DNA of 64,000 nt from the human T2T-CHM13v2.0 reference genome, Homo sapiens, in the NCBI RefSeq assembly GCF_009914755.1, contig NC_060931.1; one strand, written 5' to 3'. Made by a program: the position numbers and the translations under genes. Under the pieces are notes generated by a model. The model searched no databases. It was not told the origin of the DNA and worked only from the letters and a program-made list of their open reading frames with translations. Shown here one piece after another: positions 48,961 through 64,000 of this stretch. Position 1 is the stretch's first letter, and every line of letters begins with the position of its first letter.

Positions 48961-49039
48961 AAAAAAGAAAAAAAAATTAAAACAGTAGTGTTATACCACT
49001 TTACATAAAATAATCTTAGACGGGAATTTTTAAATGTAA

Positions 49040-49247
49040 TTTATTATTATTTATCTATTTTTATTATACTTTAAGTTCTGGGTTACATGTGCAGAATGCA
49101 GTTTTGTTACATAGGTATATACGTGCCCTGGTGGTTTGCTGCACCCATCAACCCATCACCTACGTTAGGTATTTCTCCTAATTAGGTTATCCCTCCCCTT
49201 GTCCCCCACCACCCAATAGGCCACGGTGTGTGATGTTCCCCTCCCTA
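49040..49247 (-). mobile_element. L1PA 3' end (~200 bp, 5'-truncated)
   Basis: ttattatactttaagttctgggttacatgtgcagaa...gtgtgtgatgttcccctccct. Confidence 0.9.
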
Positions 49248-50149
49248 AACAGGATTCTTATGTTTCTTCCTCCCATCCTTTGTGCTGTGGTTCTACACGT
49301 TACTTGGTGGTTTTTCTCTCATCTTGGGTAGTTTCCTCATACACATGTGCGGTAGTCAGCCACACTCAAGGGAACCCTCTGCAGATACCTGCAGCTTTTT
49401 CTATGTAGCCCTCTCCCCTCCGTAGTGTTTGCATGATATTTTGCCATGCAAATTCTGGTCACATTGGCCTCCGTGAACTCCAAATGCTATCTGCTCAATT
49501 CAGCAAGTCAGCTAGGCTCTGTTTGAGTGGCCTCTCCCTGTGCCAAGACTTTAAAACTCTCCCAGCAGTGAGCTGGGACACTCTAGGACAGACTCTGTTT
49601 GTTTCCCTTCTTTGAGGAGTTAATCTGCTGTTTGTCTGTCATCCAGTGTCTGAAAACCTTTTGTTCATATTTTTGTCTGACCTTCCAGTTGTTAAGATAG
49701 TAGAGTAAACCTGAATGCCATCAGAGTATTCCATCATGACTAGAAGCAGAATTATTAGAGAAGGATTCACTTTCAAACACTAAAGAATTTTTTTCTAATC
49801 ATACCGATGTCAACACAATCTTTGGTTTTCCATTGAGATAAAAAATATTTTAGAAAAGATGTTGCATTTTTTGTTTTAAATTAGATTGTACCTGATTTAT
49901 TTATGTACTTAAAACATAGTATATCCAAATGGTTCTAGCATAAGAGGTATGGTCAGAAGTTTCCTTTCTAGTTTGTCTCTTGCCCATCTAGTTCCTAAGC
50001 ACCACTGCTTTGTTTCTCCCACTTTCAGACAACTTTTGTTACTAGTTTCTTGTGTATCCTTTTGTGCTTTTATTCTGAGTTATAAACACATATATTCTTA
50101 TCCCACTACCCCCTATTTTACATAAAACATAGCACAGTGTACATACCTT

Positions 50150-50599
<450 letters not shown>

Positions 50600-51360
50600 T
50601 CAAAGACCAAGTGGTAGTTCATACTTTCTGAAAGCACTTACTGCCTGTTACAACATCCTTATGTCTCTTGTGTAAATGTCCCATTTTCCTTTCAGTGTGT
50701 TTATTTGAAGAGGGGAAAGAATTGTCTGCCCAGCCGGTGGGATAGTGTAGTGCATGTTTCCCTTGTCTCTTCATTGTATGCTTTGTTGTGTTTATCATGC
50801 TATTAATACTTTGGATGCGTTCTTTCACTTTGATCAGTATGACTCACCAACGAAATGGTGGGTAAATAATTGTGAGTCTCCACATAAACACATTAACCTT
50901 TGCTTTTTTCTCAAGTAAAATGGGATTTGGAAAGGTTGTCTGACATTTATAAGTCATTTAACATGTCAGTGCTTCTATTGATTGTTATTCTATTTGTTGA
51001 CTAGTTTTATAAACTCCAGCAGTCTTTGAGAAGCCTAGTGGTGCCATTTCAGTGTTCATGATTGAATATATAGATCAAAGCGTGATAGATTTTGGCAAAG
51101 AAAATACTAATAGAACAACTTTTATTTCAGTAGGAATATCTTTTAGATAATGTAGTTTTGTCTACTCATACTTCCTACTTGTAAAACAGATTTAGTTTAC
51201 TTTAAGGAAAGTTGTCCAACCATTCAAACATAAAATTATTTAAATTCAAGTTTAACTTTGATGAAACATAATTTAAATAACCTTAGGTAAGATACTTAAA
51301 GTAATTCCATGCATGGATCTTTTATGTCATGAAACTTACTATGTTTAATTTTCCCAGCAG

Positions 51361-51527
51361 AAATTCAGGAAGCAAAAGCTCCCAGTCCTTCCATAAACCG
51401 GCAAACCAGCATTGAAACGGATAGAGTGTCTAAGGAGTTCATAGAATTTCTCAAGACCTTCCACAAGACAGGCCAAGAAATCTATAAACAGACCAAGCTG
51501 TTTTTGGAAGGAATGCATTACAAAAGG
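51361..51527 (+). CDS. RABGEF1: Rabex-5 exon 4 (start of helical bundle)
   Basis: Acceptor ttttcccagcag|, (E)IQEAKAPSPSINRQTSIETDRVSKEFIEFLKTFHKTGQEIYKQTKLFLEGMHYKR, donor AGG|GTAGGT, 167 nt, phase 0. Missing from the ORF track; read manually. Confidence 0.96.
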
Positions 51528-53278
51528 GTAGGTTGAGAATAACCACGTAGAAACATAGAGTTTTGGTTTGAGGAAAGGTCTTAGAGATAATATAGTGCAA
51601 CCTTGTCATTTTATGCCTGAGAAAAATCCAGACCAAGAGATGTTAAATTACTTACCTAAGAAAAGCCTCTGAATCAAGCTAAAACCCAACTCTTAGGCTA
51701 GTACTTTTCCACTGCAACTCAGTGGTGTTTGGATCATCTTTGTGTGGAAATTCTGACCTGAAGCCACTTGAATTATGTGCTTTAGTAACAGGCCTTTTTG
51801 ACTTGTGACCTTGTAAATAGTATAAACTGCGATAGTAGACCTTTAACTCTGTGCAACCATTGTTAGGCCAGTGGCAGTAATTTTAAGGGTTGTTGTTGTT
51901 GAATTCTGTTTTGTTTTTTGTATTTTGATTTTGAATTTTTTCATTCAGTTAGAGAAAGGACAGATAGAATTTAGACAATGAAAGGGACTTTAGCAACTAT
52001 GGAGTTTCAGTCCCTTTATTTTATAGATGAGGAAGTTGAGAGCCAAAGAGGATAAGTGACTTGTCCAAGGTTACACAGCTAGATTTTGCCAATGTCAACC
52101 AGAACTTGTGATTTCCACACCTGTTTCTTTTACCCATAATTTCAGTGGCAATAATTAATAAGACTGCCTGTAAAGGAATTCATTTTGTAAATAGGGATTA
52201 ATTCTGTTGTAACATTCTATAACCATTAAACTCAGAATTAGCTCTGAAAGTTCCTTCTATGCAGTAAGGAAGTCTTAGAAAGAAAAAGGAAATTAGAAAA
52301 GCAGCAGGGTGTTTAACTGTTTAGCTATATTCTAGCTGGGGTCAGCAATCACTAGGCTAATAAGCAGTGGACTTGTGTCAAAATAATTTTTAGATATTGA
52401 ATTCAGTTTGTAAAGGAGAAAAGCTTGCTTTCTCGCCCTTCAGAAATGTAATTAGACTGTGTAAGTAAGTAGCTGTCTTTCTCTAGGTATTTTTTCTCTC
52501 TAGAGTAAAACATTTAGAGTCAAAACAAGTGAGCTGTTATTGTTTTTTTTTTAAGTTAGGAAACATGATAGATATCCTTAATATGGAACAATTCAGAGTT
52601 CATATGACACCATCTTTCATTTTTATCAGAACTAAAAACTGAGGTTTTGTATTTATTTTTTTCTTGAGCCCACATGAAATGTTCACGGGATAGCTATATT
52701 AAGTTAGTGTATGTATACTGTAGTACATATAGCATGTATGCTGTATAATATGTTTTAGAAAATTGCTCAACTCAGATTTGGTATTTTTCTTTTGCTCAGA
52801 AGTGTGATGTGTTCTTACTCTGTAATAATTTAGTAGACTTCTAAATGAGTATACTAAAGTAAAGAGGTAATTAACTGGTACAAATATCACAATGCCTATT
52901 TGTAAGGCATCACTAGTTTATATCAGAGACCTGCATATGGCCTCAGATTCCTCCTGTTTTAAGAGCCACTAAGCCACCTATTTTCCATTTCTACACTATG
53001 TGTTTCATGGTTAGGTGGCCAAGTCCTATGCATGTATCTCAGGTATCTTTAGTGTGAAGTCTGCACATACCATATATGAAAGAGATGTTTTTTAAACTGA
53101 ATGTCCCTAGAGAAGCCCTTTTGGCCTTTGTCTGCAAGTTAATGTCCTTTCAAATAAATAAATAAACACTCTTTACACCTGAACTAACATAACTAGCTTC
53201 AGATCACTAATCATATAAATTTCTTGGGGCAGTTCCTCTGAAGTTGTGAAGAATGTGGTAGTATAAAATAGCCTTTGT

Positions 53279-57393
<4,115 letters not shown>

Positions 57394-57489
57394 GATGTAT
57401 TTGATAATTATGTTGAGTGAGTAAAAATAATTAAAAATGTTTCATAGAAGCACATAGTGATAGGCGAGGGGAAACTTAAATCATCATCC

Positions 57490-58770
57490 TGGGGCAGCCG
57501 TGGTGGCTCCATGCGTGAGGCTGGTGCCATGCAGTCTCCTGGTGTTGGCATTGTCTCCCAGCCTTCTCAGTTCTGCACACAGCTACAAAACAAAAGAACA
57601 GTTGCCAGCACTTGGAAGAGGATGTGGATCCAAACCAAATGGAGGACAGATACTCCCTCTACGGACAAGATACTCATGGAAGAAGTCAAGTTAGAAGAGC
57701 AGCTGAAGGAGGCTGTAGAAGAAGATAAGCAAGCATTGGCAGATACTGAGGACTTGCAGCAGATCAGCCAAAAATTGGTGGAGGAGGCAAATATGTATAG
57801 CATTCAGGGCTTCTGCAAGGACTCGTTAGAGGTTGCAGATGTTTTGGAGAAGGCAACACAGTGTGTTCCAGAAGAAGAAATTAAAGACAATAACCCTCAC
57901 CTGAAGAACCTCTGTGAAACTCTCAACAATGAGTGGAGTCCAGATTCAGGAAGTGTTCAGCAAGCACTGCCAAGCTGAACCCTGTCAGAGCCAAGTTCCA
58001 CCCTTATGCGCATGAGGTCTTTTTTTCGTCTTTCTTCACATGCGACAGGCAATGTGCCAGTGTTGTAACAAGGTTTGAGGGAGGCATATCTCACACATGA
58101 AAACCCAGCGTGAAAACCCAGTCATCACACTTATGAACTACAGGAAGATCTAGCATGAGGTCTTGTTCCACATGCTGGTTTAGGGGAAAGAGCTGAGCCC
58201 AGTGGTTCTAGTTACAAAAGTGAGGTTCAAGCATGGGCAGCCCCTTAGCGCCGCCCTTGTTGATGAGGTGAAGGAAGCTTAGCTGCCTCTTACAAGATTT
58301 TCTTTTCTTTAAATCACTTGCCGTAGTTCATGAAAAGCTGGTTCATGTTTTTTCATCTAAATACTTTTGACTTTCCCTAAGGCTGTTGGAAAGCAGAAGT
58401 AACCAGTAGGTAAACAGAAAAGTAAGCTGATCTCACAGTTGCATTAATGAACTCCTATTCAGGAATGTGTTCTCTGATTTTTAGTACCGCATGTTTAATA
58501 ATTCCACTTACTTAGTAAAAAAGGCCAATAGGACACTACAGGTCTTCTAGAGTTCATGAATCACGCTGTATCTGCTCAGACTCTAGTGACATCAAAGTAT
58601 TTTAAATGAACAAAATGTCTTTGGGAATTCTGCTTTTTGGCAATCTGGACCCTTCTGTCTGCACTGTGTGTCTCTTGTGCAACTTGTAACATGGGAGTTA
58701 CTGGATTTCTTAGCCCACTACACATTTCATTCAATAAAGGGAAAGCAAGGGTTGAAACATTTCTTACGCT
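57490..58770 (+). pseudogene. Processed pseudogene of GRPEL1 (mitochondrial GrpE)
   Basis: Frames give VAPCVRLVPCSLLVLALS..., EEVKLEEQLKEAVE...ALADTEDLQQISQKLVEEANMYSIQGFCKDSLEVADVLEKATQCVPEEEIKDNNPHLKNL, and ...VKEA* (TAG 58280-82). Intronless, start codon lost, frameshifted, 3'UTR with AATAAA at 58733-38. Confidence 0.93.
58022..58152 (-). pseudogene. U13 (SNORD13) C/D snoRNA retrocopy
   Basis: Minus strand ATCTTCCTGTAGTTCATAAGTGTGATGACTGGG...TGTGTGAGATATGCC...AACCTTGTTACAAC...GGCACATTGCC resembles U13. A-tail present; exact 12-bp TSD GCATGAGGTCTT at 58010-21 and 58153-64. Confidence 0.88.
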
Positions 58771-59516
58771 AAAAATAATTTCATGATGACCTTTATGAAG
58801 AACATATGCGTTCCTTAGACACTGTCTAGCTGCTAAAAATGACGGATTTCTGGCTTTTTTGTTTGTTTTTGGAGATGCAAAATGAGCATATGTATCTTAA
58901 CGGTTCCCATCACCTTTATTTTGCCAGTAATTGAATTTGACACAGTTAGTTTTGCCCTGTTTTCTTCATCTAAATGTGGAAATGTTTAAGTCTGTATTCT
59001 ACTAGTTACTAATGACCTCAAGATATACTCCCTGGTGAGATGGACTTTCTCAGAATATGAGGACTGCATGCTTGGCACACTTTAAATGTGTGTTTCATTT
59101 TTAAAGAGGATTAAAGCCCTCATATGGTTCTTTTCCTTTAAAAAATTATTGAAGGCAGCACAAATTGGTAATACAAAAAAATATGGACATGAAAGCTAAT
59201 ACCTAAATAGATTAAGCAGTTAACAGCAGTACAGACAAAACTTAATGAACCCATAAAATAGAATGTGGCAATTCACATTGAAATGATGGAAGTTCTGGAT
59301 GAAATACACAGAAAACATAGGCAAGGAAAATAGTCAAAGGTTTTCAAAACTGGAAGTGGAAACAAAGATCTCAGCCAGACTGTTAAGAAAGTGTATAGAG
59401 TGCCTCTCAGCATAATGTTCAAAGATAGACATCCACTTGTCAATGTCTTAATCACAGAGTAAAAATTTATTTTAGAAAAATAAAACGACAACTTTACTCA
59501 GATGTTATAGAAAAGA

Positions 59517-59813
<297 letters not shown>

Positions 59814-59987
59814 TTATAGAAAAGATGATCCCGTACAATGATTAGAGAGTACTTGAGGTAAAGGATTTACTCACTGCTCTACTATCTTTTTTTCTTGGAA
59901 AATTATGACAAACCTTTTGGAGTTTTGTAGAGCCTAAAAGAACTTACCAACACAAACCTGCCCTCACTTTGCCCCTTTGGCAAACAC

Positions 59988-60414
59988 TGTGAGGGGCCTG
60001 AGAGTTACCTTATTTGCAGGCTAACAAATTAACCTGCCATGGTTTCACAGATACTGGCCAAAGACACGAGTCTCCTGGGTCAGAGACAAAGGCCAGTTTC
60101 TTACAGCAGTAGCAGTAGCCAGAGCATTTGCATTTGTGCTTATCCCCGAGTATCTGTTCCTATAGGATAATGCAGAGAAGACCAGGGAAAGCCTGTGCAT
60201 GCAGTGAGTTGTATTAGAGGAGAGGAACCTTGGATTTAGGGATCCTTATTAGACAGTAAGCAGTCTACCCTTTTCTCTTGAAGGAGGCACTATCTCTGTC
60301 TCCTAAAGCTGTTTTCTATAAAGAAATCCTTGAAAAGATGTTGCAAAACAAAGGCAGTCATTGCCTTTGCTCACAGATAGGTAGAAAGAGATCTATGGAG
60401 AATTGTCTTCAGCA
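59988..60414 (-). mobile_element. LTR40-like ERVL solo LTR
   Basis: tgtgaggggcctgag...gcaggctaacaaattaacctgcca...aagacacgagtctcctgggtcagagacaaagg. Confidence 0.65.
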
Positions 60415-60841
60415 TCTTATAAAGGGAGGAATGGTAATAAATGGCCACATTTATTCATTCAACCCATACTGAGCACTAACCCTGTGCCTGGCCTTGTTCT
60501 AGGCATGAGGATATGGTGGTGAACAGTGCCCTTGTGGAGCTAACATTTTAGTTGGGGAAATGGACAATAAGCAGATCTGTAACATAGTGTTAAGTCCTAC
60601 AAGAATGGAAAGCAGGATGAGAGACAGTGGCAGGGGTGAGTTCTTTTACATTATGAAAGCAATACTGTACTGGAGCATAAACTGCAGTAGAAATAGAAAA
60701 GGAGTTTTCGGCATTGTATTGTAAAATTACAGGGGTTGTGCTGGGCTGGGGGAGGAGAATATGATCCCTTGACACCAATAAGACAGGCCTCTCGGGTCTC
60801 TAAAAGGAGCTCAGAGAGTTTCTAGTTGGAAGCGAGCACTA

Positions 60842-61199
60842 CAGGTTGAGTATCCCTTATCCGAGAGCCTTGGGACCAGAAGTGTTTCAGATTTTGGGGT
60901 TTTCCCAGATTTTGGAATATTTACACATATATAAGATAACTTGGGACTGGGACCCAAGTCCAAACACAGAATTCATTTGTTGAATATATGCCTTACATAC
61001 ATAGCCTGAAGGTAATTTTATACCACATTTTAAGCAGTTTTGTGCATGTAACAGTTTTGGCTGCTTTTTGACTCTAGCCCATCATCACATGAGGCCAGGT
61101 GTGGAATTTCCCACTTGTGGTGTCATGTCGACACTGACAAATTTGGGATTTTTGAGCATTTCAGATTTTTTATTTTTGGGTTAGGAATGCTCAAATCTG
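60842..61199. mobile_element. Tigger4b (Zombi-type) MITE
   Basis: TA|CAGGTTGAGTATCCCTTATCC ... ttaggaatgctcaaatCTG|TA; TA target duplication, ~358 bp. Confidence 0.85.
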
Positions 61200-62684
61200 T
61201 AGTAATAATCACAAGAATGAATATAGTTTCTTCTAAGTTAAGTGCTAAAATTTGGTGCAAATGAAAGGTGTAAAACCATGTGTAAACTACCTAAAAAGAT
61301 TGAATGGATAAGCTTTTGCATAAAATACTTGAAGTAGAAGGATAGATTTGAGCACTGCAGTGTGTGCATGTATATGGGTAACTAGTTGACAGTAACAAGG
61401 GCTGCAGTCAAGGTGATCACAAAGTGCCATGAGTGCTTGGCCATTTTTACTGAGGGAATGAGGTGACTGCTCCTGACCCCAAGTGTCCTGCCATCCTTTT
61501 AGAGTTAAGCCAGATGGTCAGACTGCTGTGGGCTTCCACAGGATGTATCGGCCCTTGGCGTGTGAGGTCAGTGGCCTGTGTAGATGAAGTCTGTGACAGC
61601 CCGTCCTGGGGGTTTGTTCTCGGCCTTATTCATGTTCTTCTACTGTGACATCCTTATGAGAACCGTTGGGAGAAATTTTTGATTTTGGTGTCAGAATTTC
61701 ACCCGAATAATTTGTTTGCTTTCATCTTTTGAACCCTGAATTACATAACTGTTTTCATCCTAGTGATGGTTGCTAAAAAATTTAGTTAGAGACAGATGTA
61801 TGGGCTGACTCTTGACTAATTTAGACATCTTCCAGGAAAACATTTCTGTCTTGTCATCTGTGGCTCTGCTTTAGGTCTCTCTCCATGTTTAATTTTTTTT
61901 TTTTTTTTTTTTTTTTACTTATTATTGTTAAAAAAATTTTTTAATTTCTTTCTTTCTCTTTCTTTCCTTTCTCTCCTTTCTCTCCCCTTTCTTTCTTTCC
62001 TCTTCTCTTTTCTTTTCTTTCTTGAGATGGGGTCTCACTATGTTGCCCAGGCTGGCCTCAAACTCCTAGGCTCAATCGATCCTCTAGCCTCAACCTCCCA
62101 GAGCACTGGGATTACAGTTATTTGTTATTCTTTTTATTTTCTAGTCTCTTGTGCTGAACTGCATTTATCTTTTAAATAGCCTTTAAATATTCTTTGGCAG
62201 AAAGTGAGAAACAAATACATATATTACACCTATAAAATCAGTAAAACCAAATAAAAATTATCAAGCCCAATGTTGTAAGGGCCATAGGGAAGTAAGTGCA
62301 TACACGTGGTTAATGACAGTGTGCACTGAGTTTCTGAGGAGTGTGGCTAGCAATAGATACTTAGTGCTATAACATTGTTTATTCATATTAAGCGGTTAAT
62401 GCCACTTTTGGAAATGTATGACAGAGAACCGAAAAGAAGATAGTCCTTACAAAATTATTTATACCTACAGTGCACAACAGTGAAAGAGGGGGAGCAACTC
62501 AAATGCACAGTGGTAGAGGAGAGTCGAAGAAGTCAGTTAATATAATGCAGTGTTATAAAGCCACCAGAAATGATTCAGTGGATTAGATAAATAGAAATGT
62601 ACATAAAATATGTAAATTATCAAAACATGCATTAAATCTATTTAAGAATACGTAGATTTAGCAAAAAGAATGAGATGGTCATGG

Positions 62685-63013
62685 TGAGACCGCTAGGTGG
62701 GAAGGGGTCCCCGGAAAAACTCCAGCCAGCCTGCCCACCGGGGTGGAGTTTTGGGAAGTTTGCACCATTTGTAGCAGGGAGGAGCCTGGCCCCTCTTCTT
62801 TCTGTGTGGAGCCCAGGATTCTAGCTGCTGGCAGGAAGCACTCTAGCAGGGACTCTGGCCTTGTGAGTGTCTCGGATTCCCCCTTTTCTTCCTTTTCACC
62901 TAATAAAACCCTGTCTTACCCACCATTCAAACCGCCTGCGAGCCTAAATTTTTGTGGCTGTGAGACGGACAAGGATCCCGTCTTTGGCTGAACTAAGGAA
63001 AAGTCCGGCAACA
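62685..63013 (+). mobile_element. MER61-type ERV1 solo LTR, sense to RABGEF1
   Basis: TG...CA ends, perfect 4-bp TSD ATGG (62681-84, 63014-17), AATAAA at 62902-07, terminal gctgaactaaggaaaagtccggcaaca. Confidence 0.82.
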
Positions 63014-63194
63014 ATGGATATTGGAAATAATATTAATGGATAGGTTTTACTCTCCTGCAGGATTAATATAACCTGTGAGTACTTTTAGGCTTACTACCAG
63101 TACAAGGAATGGCTTTTGGAAAGTTCTTAGAATGTAGAGCTGTGCTTCTGCACTTTGTTCAGCTACAAGCAGCCTCTTTGTCTCTCTGTTTCAG

Positions 63195-63276
63195 GATCTA
63201 AGCATTGAAGAACAGTCAGAGTGTGCTCAGGATTTCTACCACAATGTGGCCGAAAGGATGCAAACTCGTGGGAAAG
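63195..63276 (+). CDS. RABGEF1: Rabex-5 exon 5 (helical bundle)
   Basis: Strong acceptor tctctctgtttcag|, DLSIEEQSECAQDFYHNVAERMQTRGK, donor G|GTAACA, 82 nt, phase 1. Confidence 0.96.
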
Positions 63277-63540
63277 GTAACACTGTTAGCCATTGAGAGA
63301 TTGCGGGTATTGCACAGGGATGACTGCTCAGTCTCTTAGCAATTTCTTTCTTTCTCTGATGGTCTGGCTGGTTTGTAGACTTCATCCTGTAACCTCATGG
63401 ACATTCTGGGAACTGGTCTTATACTTAGCAGTGCCTTTGAACTGTACCATGCGTATCTTTCCAGGAGCAATTGGATAATTTATTGAGTAACATTTAATAA
63501 CTCCATTGGGGCAGGGCTGGAGCTGACGAAAACATCTTAG

Positions 63541-63904
<364 letters not shown>

Positions 63905-64000
63905 TTATTGTATTAATAGTTTAAAAAAAAAAGAGCTTCAAGTTTTTAGGGATTCTTTATGGATTCAACCTTCACTGATACTAGACTTTAGGATATACTT

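Noticed and set aside
57457-57978. 173-aa ORF as a stand-alone functional GrpE gene
   Set aside because: Native start lost, targeting peptide in a different frame, C-terminal domain frameshifted and interrupted by U13, no promoter evident.
62720-62745. p53 response element in the MER61-type LTR
   Set aside because: Only a degenerate AGCCTGCCC half-site; no RRRCWWGYYY pair.

Overview
Human-type (primate) genomic DNA, very Alu-rich, holding the 5' part of RABGEF1 (Rabex-5, a Rab5 GEF) on the + strand. The gene has a CpG-island promoter and non-coding exon 1 (donor after 8466), a ~31 kb intron 1, and four intact coding exons (39570-39765 with ATG at 39587, 42913-43079, 51361-51527, 63195-63276) encoding residues 1-198: A20 zinc finger, MIU and start of the helical bundle. 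The gene continues past the window. The introns hold a 5'-truncated CHCHD2 processed pseudogene (-), a GRPEL1 processed pseudogene (+) with a U13 snoRNA retrocopy inside it, several solo LTRs, L1/L2/MIR fragments and DNA-transposon MITEs. The most notable signal is a frame-preserving 120-nt antisense-Alu cassette exon (41377-41496) between exons 2 and 3. It carries one in-frame UAG, is flanked by inverted Alus, and could be switched by A-to-I editing from an NMD poison exon to a 40-aa insertion splitting the MIU. Other leads: stop-less circRNA frames (exons 2-3 and 2-5), an in-frame upstream ATG exon in intron 1, a NAGNAG acceptor, and a possible in-frame Rabex-5/GrpE chimeric terminal exon. 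Repeat subfamily names come from recalled consensus sequences, and repeat boundaries are approximate unless a TSD is given.
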